From the sequence record SRR20825010_1978: a DNA stretch of 44,009 nucleotides; one strand, 5' to 3'. This document shows positions 26,648 to 37,800 of this stretch, piece after piece. Each line of letters starts with the position of its first letter. Within the stretch, counting starts at the first letter, position 1. The notes under the pieces were generated by a model. It ran no database searches. It saw only the letters and a program-made list of their open reading frames with translations, and was not told where the DNA came from. Made by a program: the position numbers and the translations under genes.

Positions 26648-27378
26648 CAACGCACGGCCAGTAGAGAAATGAAATTAAAACAACGGAACCAGACATGAAT
26701 ATGTCGGTAGCCCGCCTTTTTTAGGCGCGCCTCATGATCGGCCAGAGTCTCAGGGATCAACACATTTTCCAGCGCGGTACGCTTCTGGCTGATTTCCAGA
26801 TCGGAATAACCGTTATTACGCTTGAAAGCATGATGCAGCTCGGTCTGCAGGGCATTCTCAACCTCATCGGCAAAACGGATTTTTTCCGACAACACCAGAA
26901 TGCCGCCGGGCACCGTGGCATCCGCCAGACGCTGAATCAGGGCGTCACGCTTTTGCGGGGCAATGAACTGCAACGTGAAATTAAGCACCGCCATGGAACA
27001 AGGCGCGAATGCCATCTCGGCCACATCGCCCTCTTCCAGTGTCACCCGGTGGGCCTGGCCTGCGTCTGCCAGCAAGGTGGCAGCCTGCTCAATCATGGCG
27101 CGGGAATTATCCACCGCCACAATCGGGTTACCGCTTTCTTCCGTCAGCGACGCCATGGCCGTGGCCGCCGCCCCCAGGGAACAACCCAGGTCGTACAGGC
27201 AGGTATCAGGTTGGGCATAACGGGCCGCCAGCACCCCGATCATATCGATAATGGTGGGGTAACCAGGCACCGAACGACGAATCATGTCGGGGAAAACCCG
27301 CACTACCGTATCGTCGAAGGAAAAACGCGCCACCTGCTGGTGGGACGTGGCGTAAATGCGATCATGCTGGTCTGACAT
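26647..27378 (-). CDS. cmoA: carboxy-S-adenosyl-L-methionine synthase
   Basis: [27 protein letters not shown] and [16 protein letters not shown] motifs. TGATG coupling to cmoB. Confidence 0.95.
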   Translation of the reverse strand: MSDQHDRIYATSHQQVARFSFDDTVVRVFPDMIRRSVPGYPTIIDMIGVLAARYAQPDTCLYDLGCSLGAAATAMASLTEESGNPIVAVDNSRAMIEQAATLLADAGQAHRVTLEEGDVAEMAFAPCSMAVLNFTLQFIAPQKRDALIQRLADATVPGGILVLSEKIRFADEVENALQTELHHAFKRNNGYSDLEISQKRTALENVLIPETLADHEARLKKAGYRHIHVWFRCFNFISLLAVR

Positions 27379-27493
27379 AGAGGCCCCGATATTCGTCTGC
27401 GGGCCGATTATAGCGGTGTGAGGAGCCGGGGAGAAACGGCTGCAAATGCAGCCGTCTGGAAAAACAGGAAACGCGGAGCGACAGGAACGATAA

Positions 27494-27940
27494 TTACTTC
27501 AGGCTGACCCGCAAATTGGGATTAAAGTCTTCGTCGGCCAGATCATTCAGGTAACTCTCTACAAAGTCCCGGGTGGCGGTATCGCTGTCAGCACCAAGAC
27601 GCGCCAGAGCTTCACCCAGACTCACCGTCTGGCCGTTCAGACTCACCTGGGACGCTGACAAGCTCAGGCCCATATCAATCACCGCATATTCCAGATTTTC
27701 CGCGTGACGACCGTTGACCATATGGGTAAGTACGGTCTGCCCATCCTGACAATCAATGGAAAGCAGGGACTCACCAGCCGTCATTTGCACTTCCCCGGTT
27801 TCAATCAACTGATCCACCAGCGCGCCAAAAGCGCTGTCCTGGGACGCCGCCAGACACAGCCGGCCCTCCATCCCCGGATTCAACTGGGCCTGGGCCGGCA
27901 ACACAGCGAAAAGAGTCAGAATAATTGCCAAAATACGCAT
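27494..27940 (-). CDS. exported acidic hypothetical protein
   Basis: Signal peptide [18 protein letters not shown] and two cysteines. Confidence 0.7.
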   Translation of the reverse strand: MRILAIILTLFAVLPAQAQLNPGMEGRLCLAASQDSAFGALVDQLIETGEVQMTAGESLLSIDCQDGQTVLTHMVNGRHAENLEYAVIDMGLSLSASQVSLNGQTVSLGEALARLGADSDTATRDFVESYLNDLADEDFNPNLRVSLK

Positions 27941-28173
27941 ATTTCCCCCCATTTCTCCCTGTTGCCAGCCCCCATTGGCTTTCACAGCAAGAAATCAATA
28001 AATCACGATTGCCGGTATTGCGGTGCGCATTATACGAACTAATGCGTACATTTGTTAACCGTTTTTAATCATTAATGGGGTAGAAAAAAGGCAAATATTA
28101 ACCTGATACGCTGAGGACATTCACACAGGTTTCATAAATAATGCTTAGCTTGCAGATGAACAAAGGACAGGTT

Positions 28174-28190
28174 TCGGCACGGTGCTTGCT
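28174..28190 (+). promoter_or_regulatory. sigma54 (-24/-12) promoter
   Basis: TCGGCACGGTGCTTGCT gives GG-N10-GC with GGCACG and TTGCT. Confidence 0.6.
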
Positions 28191-28233
28191 TGCACCATCC
28201 GTTACCACGGGGGTTACCTTTAGGATGTTGAAC

Positions 28234-28527
28234 ATGCCAGCCACTCACCATCACTCGTCATTTTCATTCCTCACCGTTTGCGCTGCAGCACTCACCGTCT
28301 GCGGCATCGGCCTGACATTCAATGATGTTCAATGGCAGCTGGTCAGCATGGCCAGTTTTTTCAGTGGCCTTGGGTTGGCAGTCGTCGCCTGCCTGTTTCA
28401 CGTCATACGCCGTCATCGGGCCTGGCGTATTGAAGGCGCGATTCTGGTAAGCCTGATGGCTCTCGTGTGGTCTGCACCGCTGCTACCGCCGGCCATGCAG
28501 GACACCTTGGTCTACCTTATGCCTTAA
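28234..28527 (+). CDS. small membrane protein (3 TM)
   Basis: Three hydrophobic helices. AGGA lies 8 nt before ATG 28234. The start is uncertain. Confidence 0.6.
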   Translation: MPATHHHSSFSFLTVCAAALTVCGIGLTFNDVQWQLVSMASFFSGLGLAVVACLFHVIRRHRAWRIEGAILVSLMALVWSAPLLPPAMQDTLVYLMP

Positions 28528-31159
28528 CGCCCAGATACTGGGAAAGCGCCTGTTTCATGGCCGCCAGAGACAGGGGCTTGATCAATTGCCCGTTCATCCC
28601 CGCCCTGGAAACCCGGCCTCCCTGCTCGCTAATGGCATGGGCACTGAGCGCCAATACCTGACAGGGTGCCCAGCCATGCTGCGCCTCCAATTCGCGGATA
28701 TGATGGGCACTGGTAAACCCGTCCATCACCGGCATGTCCAGATCCATCAACACCAGGTCCAGCTCTCCATCCTCAGCGTCAAAACAATCGACCCCCTGCT
28801 GGCCATCTTCCGCGACGATGATGTGCGCAATGCCCAGCCGCTCCAGATAGCCCTTGGTGACCATCTGATTGACCGGGTTATCTTCCACAATCAAAACACG
28901 CAGGCTGGAAATGGATTCCACTGCCACTGGTTCGGTGACAATCGGGATTGCCCCCGGCACATAGCTTCCCAACAGCTGCTGAAGATCATTGACCGTGACC
29001 ACCGAGCGGCGCAGCACACGCACCTCCCTGGGTAGCCAGTCCGGCGTATCGCAACGCATGCCAATCAACAGCAAGACCTGGATACGGGCCGGATTCAGAC
29101 GCACCATCTGCAATGCTTCATCGAGCAGCGCCTGTTCCGGCAGGCCATTGATCAGCAAAACACCACTGCGGATTTCCCCGTTCGCTTCCGCCAGTTGCCC
29201 GGTGTTTTCCACCACTTTCACGGTTTCAAAACGTGGGTCATCGATCAGCCAATCCTCCAGGCTTCCCTGCACATCCCAAAGCCAACTGGCTGGCGGCAGC
29301 TCGGCCATCATCGGGATTTCATCCTGCTCGCTGGCCATCTGGATACTGAAACTGAACCGCGAACCCAGCCCCGGGGCACTGTGTACATGAATCTCACCGC
29401 CCATCAGCCCCACCAGTTCGCGGCTGATGGACAGCCCCAGCCCGGTACCACCATAACGGCGGGCCGTATTGGCAGAAGCCTGGGTAAAACGCTGGAAAAG
29501 TTGCGTTTGCTCGTCCTGGGTCAAGCCAATGCCAGTATCCGTCACCGCAAAAGTGAACAGCGGCGCTTCACCGCCGTGACGGCGGCACACCAGGGACAGA
29601 ACAACCCGCCCATTGCGGGTGAATTTCACTGCATTACCGATCAGGTTGATGAGGATCTGGCGCAGCCGGATCGCATCCCCCACCACATCCGACGGGGTGT
29701 GCGGATCCACATCCAGAATCACCAGGGTACCGTTATCACTGGCCGGCAAATTGAACATCTGCACGCATTCCGCCAGCAGCGTCAGCAGATCAAAGCGCTC
29801 TTCGACTAACTCCAGTTTGCCAGCTTCAATCTTGGCAAAATCCAGCACGTCGTTAATTAGCGCCGTCAGGGTTCTGCCGGCGCTATCAATCAGGCTGATA
29901 TATTCCTGCTGTCGTGGTGACGGGTCGGTCTCGCGCAATAATTCCGCCAAGCCAATCACGCCATTCAGTGGCGTCCGGATTTCGTGGCTCATGCGGGCCA
30001 GAAAGAGGCCCTTGGCCTGGCTCTCGGCACGGGCATTGATCGCCCGGGAATTGGCCCGGTACACCCACAACGCCAGCCCCAGCACCAGCACATACAGCAA
30101 CACGATCCCCAGCATCATCCAGACCGTGGCCCGGGCCTTCTCCTGGCGAGCGTTGCTGAGCAACTGGTCCGCCAGTGAAATCAACGTGGCAGACAGCCCG
30201 TCCAGTGATTTCATGGCATTGCGGCTGCGATCGTAAGCCCCTTCCCAGGACACCTGAATGCGTGGTGCCAGAATCAGCTCACGTTCGGACCACTCCAGAA
30301 ACGACAGCAAGCCGCCCTGCACCAACCGCCACTGCTGCTGCAACTCAATGGCACCGGTACGTGCAACCAGCGCCTTGATTTCGCTGTCGATGATGCTCAC
30401 CTGATGCTGCAATCGCTGCCAGGCATTCTCCAGGCGCCGGGCATCATTGTCTCCCAAATAACCACCACGCAGGCTCACATACAGAGCCAGCGCCCGAATC
30501 AGGCCGATATCTTCCTGGGCCTGACGAAATGAGCCCAGTGGCAAGGACAGCACCTCATTGGGTTCCAGCCCCTCACCAATCGACAGATCCGAGACAAACA
30601 GTACCGTGGACAAGGCATTGCTCAACCGCTGGGTAATCTGGTTGACGTTATCGAAAGGGCCGACCACGTCCTCCATGGGGATACCGGTTTTCACCGTCAG
30701 GTCGCGCCAAGCTTCGCTCAGCAAGCCGCCCTGATCATTCAGCCCCGGAATATCGCGCTGACGGACAAGCTGCAGGAAGGCCAGCAAACGACTGCCGGCA
30801 CGGGAGCGGCTGAGCTCAAAACGGGAGACAATTCCCGGTTCCTGGGTATGAATCGCCGCCGGGGCCAGATCGCGCATGTCATTCAGCGGAGGGAACGCGG
30901 CCAGCCCCTCATCAAACAGTCGCACGTCTTCACGCATGGTATCGTAGGTATCGAGCATACCCAGGCGATGTTGAATCAGAAGCACCGATGCGATGGCGAA
31001 CGGCACCGTGATTAGCGCAAACAGCAACAGCATGGCCGCACTGGTTCGCAGGCCCACAACCGGCAAACCCGGCACTGACCGCGATCTGTCTGGCGACACA
31101 TTATGTGATGGCTTTTCCATCCGCCTGCCCTGAAAACGGTTATGCTCGTAGTTTGCCAT
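28517..31159 (-). CDS. hybrid sensor histidine kinase/response regulator
   Basis: Two TM helices around a periplasmic domain, H-box FLARMSHEIRTPLNG, N/G boxes (NLIGNAVKFT, DTGIG, GGTGLGL) and a C-terminal receiver (EDNPVN, MDLDMP). The start is uncertain. Confidence 0.93.
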   Translation of the reverse strand: MANYEHNRFQGRRMEKPSHNVSPDRSRSVPGLPVVGLRTSAAMLLLFALITVPFAIASVLLIQHRLGMLDTYDTMREDVRLFDEGLAAFPPLNDMRDLAPAAIHTQEPGIVSRFELSRSRAGSRLLAFLQLVRQRDIPGLNDQGGLLSEAWRDLTVKTGIPMEDVVGPFDNVNQITQRLSNALSTVLFVSDLSIGEGLEPNEVLSLPLGSFRQAQEDIGLIRALALYVSLRGGYLGDNDARRLENAWQRLQHQVSIIDSEIKALVARTGAIELQQQWRLVQGGLLSFLEWSERELILAPRIQVSWEGAYDRSRNAMKSLDGLSATLISLADQLLSNARQEKARATVWMMLGIVLLYVLVLGLALWVYRANSRAINARAESQAKGLFLARMSHEIRTPLNGVIGLAELLRETDPSPRQQEYISLIDSAGRTLTALINDVLDFAKIEAGKLELVEERFDLLTLLAECVQMFNLPASDNGTLVILDVDPHTPSDVVGDAIRLRQILINLIGNAVKFTRNGRVVLSLVCRRHGGEAPLFTFAVTDTGIGLTQDEQTQLFQRFTQASANTARRYGGTGLGLSISRELVGLMGGEIHVHSAPGLGSRFSFSIQMASEQDEIPMMAELPPASWLWDVQGSLEDWLIDDPRFETVKVVENTGQLAEANGEIRSGVLLINGLPEQALLDEALQMVRLNPARIQVLLLIGMRCDTPDWLPREVRVLRRSVVTVNDLQQLLGSYVPGAIPIVTEPVAVESISSLRVLIVEDNPVNQMVTKGYLERLGIAHIIVAEDGQQGVDCFDAEDGELDLVLMDLDMPVMDGFTSAHHIRELEAQHGWAPCQVLALSAHAISEQGGRVSRAGMNGQLIKPLSLAAMKQALSQYLGVKA

Positions 31160-31226
31160 TACTTAGGCTTTGCCACATCTCTGAACACAACGGCATATCC
31201 TTACAACAAGATATTTACCTTGCCCT

Positions 31227-31904
31227 ATGCTGCGACCGATGAATGTAAAAGCTTGCTATCTCTTGCCTGCCCTCACACTGGCGCTTCTACTGGCGGGTTG
31301 TGCCGGCAAGCCCGTAGAGGAAACCCCGGATACACCGCTAAACGTGCAAAAGCTGGACAAGGTCAGTCTGAAAGCCACTGGGTCGGAAAATCAGGCCCGC
31401 GCACTGCCCGATCGCCAGGCGCAGCTTGGGCTCTATCAGGCGCCCAAGACCCTGGCCGGCCTGCAATTCGACGGAGAGATCAGCTCCGAACACGCGCGCA
31501 CCCTGCGTTACCGGGACGCGGATGGCAAGGAACAGCTTTCGCTCACTCTGTCCGGCTTGCCCACGGGCTGGGATACCATGAAACCCGAGCGCGCCGTGGC
31601 CGGTTACTACAGCGAACTGCGCCAGCGCCGGGTCGACAAGGCGCTCAGTGACAGCGCCAACGCGCTCAGCATCATCAGCGAGCGACTGGTCGACCTGGAA
31701 GGCAACCCCAGCGCCCAGTCACAAATGCGCTGGATAGAACCCAACCGCCCGATCCAGAACCAGGCATTACTGGTCACTCTGATCAACGACGACTTCATTC
31801 GCATCAGCAACGCCAGCTATCGGCAAAAAACTGTCTGGCTGCTACAACAGGCGAAGCGTGTACTGGCAGAATTCAAGGCGGCCCAGGACGTGCCAGCTCC
31901 GTAA
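31227..31904 (+). CDS. hypothetical lipoprotein
   Basis: Lipobox LLLAGC after a hydrophobic stretch. Confidence 0.75.
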   Translation: MLRPMNVKACYLLPALTLALLLAGCAGKPVEETPDTPLNVQKLDKVSLKATGSENQARALPDRQAQLGLYQAPKTLAGLQFDGEISSEHARTLRYRDADGKEQLSLTLSGLPTGWDTMKPERAVAGYYSELRQRRVDKALSDSANALSIISERLVDLEGNPSAQSQMRWIEPNRPIQNQALLVTLINDDFIRISNASYRQKTVWLLQQAKRVLAEFKAAQDVPAP

Positions 31905-32015
31905 TCACAACGTGTTACCCTAAGCGCTCTGCGAAGCCGCCAATCACACAGGTTCCATGATCACTGCCCTGTCCACTGCCCCGATCTCCACCCGATTAAA
32001 GGGGCCGTCTTTGCC

Positions 32016-33170
32016 ATGACCGAAACCGCAGCCCCTGCTTGCCAGCATGCCATCGTCATCGGCGCCGGGCTGGCCGGAGCCACCACGGCCCGCGCCCTGG
32101 CCGAACGGAACTGGCAAGTGACCGTTGTGGACCCCCGGGGCGTTGCCGCCGGCGCCTCCGGCAATCTGGCCGGCGTGGTGTATAGCACCGCCAGCCCGCA
32201 CCTGACGCCGCAGAACCGCTTCTATAAGGAAAGTTACCGTCATGCATTACGCTGGCTGCACCGTTACGGCTTCCCCGCCAGCGATCAGGACGGCCAACTC
32301 AATGGGGTCATCCAGCACTTTGTAAACGACAAACAACGGGACAAATTCACCGCGGCCATGGACAGCGGCGCCTGGCCTGCCGACCTGCTACGCCCGGCGC
32401 CGGACGGCAATGGAGTGGAACTGGTGGGCGGCGGTTACCTGCGCCCGAATCGCTGGTGCCAGCACCTGCTTGATCACCCGGGCATCACCCTGCTTCGCGA
32501 ATCCGTGGCCTCACTACACGAAGGCACGCCCGCCAGCGTCATGCTGGACAATGGCAGCCAACTGCACGCCAACGCCGTGGTGGTCTGCGCCGCCGGCGCC
32601 AGCCAGCAGCTATCGGGCCTGGCCTGGCTACCGCTTAAACACATTCGCGGCCAGGTCAGTTATTGCCAGGCCACCGAGGCCTCCCGGCAATGGCAGCAGG
32701 CCCAATGCCATGGCGGCTACCTGACGCCGGCACTGGATGATCTTCATTGCGTAGGCGCCACCTTCAATCTGCACGACAGCCAACCCCGCCCCACCGATGC
32801 AGACGACGCTGACAACCTGGCACAACTGAAACACTACCTGCCCGAACACTGGCAGGCGCTAGGCGGGGAAGCCATTGTCATCCAGGACCGGCGTGTAGCC
32901 TTTCGTTGCCAGAGCCTCGACTTTCTCCCTCTGTGCGGCCCGTTGCCCGTGGCCACTGAAAACCCCCATCGCAGTGCCACCGGCCTGTACCTGAATGTGG
33001 CCCACGGCAGCCGGGGCATTACCGGCACCCCCCTGTGCGCCGACCTGCTGGCCGACCAGATTGGCGGGCAACCGCTTCCCGTGGATGCACAATTGGTTGA
33101 CGCCCTGGACCCATCCCGGTTTATTGTTCGCAAACGCAAAAAACAACCTGAGTGGAAACCATGCAATTAA
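32016..33170 (+). CDS. mnmC: FAD-dependent cmnm5s2U34 oxidoreductase (MnmC C-terminal domain only)
   Basis: VIGAGLAG, A.GASGN, IRGQVS, GYLTP...HCVGATF and HGSRG motifs. There is no N-terminal methyltransferase domain. Confidence 0.8.
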   Translation: MTETAAPACQHAIVIGAGLAGATTARALAERNWQVTVVDPRGVAAGASGNLAGVVYSTASPHLTPQNRFYKESYRHALRWLHRYGFPASDQDGQLNGVIQHFVNDKQRDKFTAAMDSGAWPADLLRPAPDGNGVELVGGGYLRPNRWCQHLLDHPGITLLRESVASLHEGTPASVMLDNGSQLHANAVVVCAAGASQQLSGLAWLPLKHIRGQVSYCQATEASRQWQQAQCHGGYLTPALDDLHCVGATFNLHDSQPRPTDADDADNLAQLKHYLPEHWQALGGEAIVIQDRRVAFRCQSLDFLPLCGPLPVATENPHRSATGLYLNVAHGSRGITGTPLCADLLADQIGGQPLPVDAQLVDALDPSRFIVRKRKKQPEWKPCN

Positions 33171-33553
33171 TCAGCTTGCCCATTACCGCCTTGTACGCCG
33201 CCCTGTGCGGTTTTCTTGTCGTCGCCCTGGCGGCTAACGTGGTTCGCTACCGTCTGGGAAAAAAAGTGTCCCTAGGTGATGGCGGCCACAAAGACGTGAA
33301 TCGCGCGATCCGTGCCCACGGCAACACGGTGGAATACATTCCGCTGGCGCTGATCCTGATGGCCTTGCTGGAAATCAATGGCGGAGGCAATAGCGCCCTG
33401 CATGTTTACGGCATCCTGCTGCTGGCCGGGCGCCTGTCCTACGCCTATGGCATGCTGGTGCCCCGCAGCAGCGCCAACCTGCCCCGCCAGCTCGGCATCC
33501 TCACATCCTGGATTGTCATTGTCGGCACCGGCATCCAGTTGCTGTTGGTATAA
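33161..33553 (+). CDS. MAPEG-family membrane protein
   Basis: VSLGDGG...RAIRAHGNTVEYIPLALILM motif. Confidence 0.85.
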   Translation: MQLISLPITALYAALCGFLVVALAANVVRYRLGKKVSLGDGGHKDVNRAIRAHGNTVEYIPLALILMALLEINGGGNSALHVYGILLLAGRLSYAYGMLVPRSSANLPRQLGILTSWIVIVGTGIQLLLV

Positions 33554-33681
33554 GACGTAAGCGCGACGCCCCAAGCCTGATGCCTGACGCTAAAGGCAAA
33601 AGACGAAAAACTGAAGTTCAGGGTTTTGCACGTCATCGAATGCATCCCTGACAATATTCACTTTTTTATAGAACTGGATAT

Positions 33682-33921
33682 ATGCCCATCATTGTTCCCT
33701 GGAAAGACCTACCGCCGGATACCCTTCACAACCTGATTGAAGAATTCGTGACGCGAGACGGCACCGATTACGGCGACACGGAAATTCCCACCGCCACCAA
33801 GGTGGAGCAGGTGCGTGAACAGTTGAAAAAGGAACAGGTTTTTGTGGTCTTCGATGAGACCACCGAGAGTGTTTCCGTGCTGAGCAAAGAGCAACTCGCG
33901 GAAATAGAAAACGGCCTGTAA
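33682..33921 (+). CDS. YheU-family (UPF0270) protein
   Basis: IVPWKDLPPDTLHNLIEEFVTRDGTDYG signature. Confidence 0.88.
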   Translation: MPIIVPWKDLPPDTLHNLIEEFVTRDGTDYGDTEIPTATKVEQVREQLKKEQVFVVFDETTESVSVLSKEQLAEIENGL

Positions 33922-33947
33922 CACAAGCCTCGTTTCTTTGACGAAGG

Positions 33948-33980
33948 GTTGGGTTACGCCGCGTTACGGAGTAACCCAAC
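33948..33980. terminator. hairpin between convergent genes (terminator- or REP-like)
   Basis: GTTGGGTTACGCCG-CGTTA-CGGAGTAACCCAAC. Confidence 0.5.
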
Positions 33981-33992
33981 TGGCAACACGTT

Positions 33993-34868
33993 TCAGAAGG
34001 TGAAACCCACCCCCAGACTGAATGCATAGACATTCATGTCAGCGTTGAACTCCGCATCCCCCACTTCAGCATACTGGTACTGCGGCAAACCCGGCGCCCG
34101 GATGAAAGTTCTTTCCACCGTGGCCGAAACATCTTTCACGCTGATGTATTTAAAATCCGCCGCCAACCACCAGTAGTCCGTCATCCGCCAGTCCACACCC
34201 ACCTGACCAACCCAGCCAAACTTGTTCTCGATTTCCAGCTCTGGCTCGCCCACTTCAGTGAGAATGGGATTAGTCACGTGGCTGTCGTAGGTGAACAGAT
34301 ACACCACTCCCAATCCGGCATAAGGGCGAAAATCTCGCTCGTTACGAAAACGTTTAACCAACGTCACCATGGGCGGCGCCACCTTGGTTTCCGCCACTTT
34401 TTCCCCCAAGGCTGGGACACCGGTGGGAATCCCGTTGGCTTCGGTCACCAGGGGTACATCGGCAATGCGCCCCTTAGCTTTTAGTTCAAGCGTCGGCGGC
34501 ATGGCCGCCATCGTTTCTACTGACCAACCACCACCCCAGGCTCCCCACCGCAGTTTATAGCCAATCGTTGCCGCCGGAATCATCAGCGGGTCACTAAAGG
34601 CATCACCTTCCTGTTCTCCTGATTCCACCGCCACTTCAGCAATTTCCGACAGATTGCTCAAAGTGATCGAGTTGGTCTTTACATCCGGGCTCATATAGAG
34701 AGCCCCGAGACGAAAATAGAGGCGGTCCTCGCCGAACAACTTCTGGGTAAACTTCACCCCGGGATAGTCCGGTCCGTAAAGATCCTGAGCGGCGGTGGCG
34801 CTGCCTCCCAACATTGTTAATGCGGCAGCAAGGTAAACCCGTTTTTTATTAGTCATTGTTATTTTCAT
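33993..34868 (-). CDS. OmpW/AlkL-family outer-membrane beta-barrel
   Basis: Signal peptide, PPMVTL...FRPYAGLGVVY, GWVGQVGVDW and C-terminal SLGVGFTF. Start at 34868 or 34856. Confidence 0.8.
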   Translation of the reverse strand: MKITMTNKKRVYLAAALTMLGGSATAAQDLYGPDYPGVKFTQKLFGEDRLYFRLGALYMSPDVKTNSITLSNLSEIAEVAVESGEQEGDAFSDPLMIPAATIGYKLRWGAWGGGWSVETMAAMPPTLELKAKGRIADVPLVTEANGIPTGVPALGEKVAETKVAPPMVTLVKRFRNERDFRPYAGLGVVYLFTYDSHVTNPILTEVGEPELEIENKFGWVGQVGVDWRMTDYWWLAADFKYISVKDVSATVERTFIRAPGLPQYQYAEVGDAEFNADMNVYAFSLGVGFTF

Positions 34869-34870
34869 GA

Positions 34871-37800
34871 TCAAAGATCTCCCGCGTTTTCCTGGCCAGC
34901 CGAGGTAAAGCGCGCGTGGGCCGGATTGTTGACCACCCGGATGCGGAAGTCGTCCTTGGCAATGCCCAGTTCAAGAGAGCCAACGCCCTCTTCCGGCAGC
35001 ACCCCGCCAATAATCAGATCCAGCAGGTCACCCAATACCGGGATAAGGGCCCCCAGGTCGATACTCAGATTCAGAGAGGCAGCAATGGCGGACGCATTAC
35101 TCGATTCCAGCGTAATCTGGCCATTGCGCAGGAATTTCACCGGTCCGTTCAGATAGGCAGACACCGGCAGGCTTCTCACGTTGGCGTCAGCCACATTCGG
35201 AATGGCTGCCCCGCCGGGGATCAATGCCGAGAAAAGTCGCACATCCGGCGCATCCAGCCAGGCATCCAGACGGGTAATAAAAACCGGATCGTCTATTTCC
35301 TCCCCGGTGTCCGGGTCGATGGCATTGATCACGAACCCCCGCAACGGCTGCGGCGGCATGTCGTCATAGGGTCGGAAACGCAGCACCAGCGCTCCCGTTT
35401 CCAATGGCAGAGGAATCAAGTCGCCCAACACCGGAATCGCCAGGTTTGCGTTGGCAACCAGCGACGTCCCCATGACATGCTGGGCATTAATTTCTACCGG
35501 AATAGCCGTATCTCCCACCGTCTGGATACAATAAATATCGCCATCGGCATCTTCCTCGGTGGCACACCAGCGACCATTACCTTCATCCACCAGACCGATG
35601 TAACTCAGGTCCAGTGGCACCTTGGGCAGAAACGCCATGGGCAACGCCGCATGGGTAAAGATCTGGTCGCCCTCATCAAGATTGGCGCCCCCGATCAGGC
35701 CACCGGTGCTTTTCACAAAGCCCCGGGCATGGTTTTTTTCTGCGTCCGGCTCGTCAACATCCTGAACACCGTTACCGTTCACGTCTGTGTATGTGCGAGT
35801 CAGCACCGTGGCATAGGCTGCCCCCACATCCGGCGTCGCGGTAAAATCAATCAGAATGGGCGGACCACCTTCGCAGGGCATATTGGACAGAGGGCCACAG
35901 GTACCCATGCCATTGAGCGGATCCGTATTGATACCCAGATTGTCGAAACGGTCATGACTACGGAATACGGCCTCCCCATTGTCACCACCGTTGATCACCA
36001 GCCGGTATGCCCTGCCCGGCACCATGGTGTTGGGCGGCGGTACCGCACGCAGACGCAGGCTGTTACGGCGGGCTGACAGCGCAATAGATGCCCAACCGCT
36101 CTCCGTTGCTTCAGCCAGACACATGGCTCCGCCTTCACAGGACTCACCATCAGCCGCAATGGTGCCAAAGGTCATGGACGCCAGCTCCATGGGCATATTG
36201 AAGCTCACCTCAATGGGGCGGCTGACGTCGTAAAAGAAGGGATAGTAAAGTGAGTCGTCGGCCAGGCCGCCCACGCAACGCCCCGCCATTTCCAGCGTAT
36301 TACCCTGGGCATCCTGGCGCTCGACACCACGGTCTTCCAGGGCACAGCCGATACCGGGGTACAACCCCAACACCACCGGCGGCAACACCGGAGCATCGTT
36401 ATTGGCCGCGTAGCTGGCAGTATCAAAAACAATTTGCCCACTGCCATCGGTGGCGTCACCGGGCACAAATTCCAGGTGTGAAGGATCGAAAATATCCATA
36501 TCTTTCAGGTTATCGCCCAGATCTAGGTTATAGCGTTCACCCGCCGCCAATTCATCAAGCGGCGTGATCACCAGATTGGAGCCACTGCTGCGCACCTGAA
36601 TCGGCACAGGCTCGCTGCTGGCTTGGCGGAACAGCTGAACCCCGTCCATTCCCTCGTCACTCACCGGCTCGTTGAATACCACGATGATATTGTTGCTCGG
36701 CTCTACCTGGGTTTGGTTATGTTCGGGAAAGGAACCGGTAACCTGCAGCGGATCACGGTTGAGCTGTTCAAATTCGAATGCCGAATCCGCACGCACCCCC
36801 AACGCAAAGTCCGCGCTCACTTTGGCTGCACCACTGAGGATATCCAGCTCCAGAGTACGGAAGACTTCGAAAGTCAGGGCGCCATCCTTTACGTCCACCA
36901 CACCAACTGCCTGCACATGCATCAGGTTCTGGTTAACCGAGGCATTGCCTCGCGGCTCTACCGCATGCATGGCGAGATCGAAATTCATGTGGACATACAT
37001 CGGCGCAAAGTCGTCATCGGGCTGAAAGCCCTCGGGCCGATAGGGATTGGTGGTCAGATAACCGGTGACGTCGGTAACAAAGGTGCCGATCAGATCACCG
37101 GTGAACATGGGCGTGCGTACTTCACCGCCCAGCAGGATTGGGTCGATGCCGGTAATGCGCAGCTGCTGACCGGCGCGGGCCACCACAGGCACGGCTTGCA
37201 CATGCTCATCCGGGCGACCCATCCAGCCCTCCAGCACCAGCGGCATGGCATCCACCTGGGTAAGCCCCAGGGCCTCGGTCACCAGGTTGAACTGGTTGAG
37301 CGGTAGCCCATGCAGGCGTGACGTTTCCGGGTACCCGGGATCACCCAGCGCAGGCTGGGCTTTCATCAACTGCTTGATCGGCGGATTGAGATCGGCCACA
37401 TCATCCTTGGATAACCGCGGCGTCAGTTCATAAACCACCGTCTCCAGCACGTCCTCATCAAAGTCCTGCAGCCCTTCCAGCGTCAGCGTGTAGGTATCAC
37501 CACCGATCAGATCGTCTTTCGGATCGAGAGTAATGTAATGGCGTTCGCTCAGAATGCGCGCATCTACCAGTTCGCCGGATTCCTGATGCACGAGCTGTAC
37601 CGTGTCACCGTAGCGTACGGTAGTTTGCACCAACGGTTCGGTAAAGGTGATGCGTACCGGGGAAAAATCCATGAACGGAAAACGTTCAGTCCCTTCAGGC
37701 TCAGGCAGATAGACCCTGGGGTTTTCCTGATTGATGACCAACACCTCGGGGGCCTGATCAGGCACTGGGTGATACTGGCGGGTGCGGAAGGTGATCAGCG

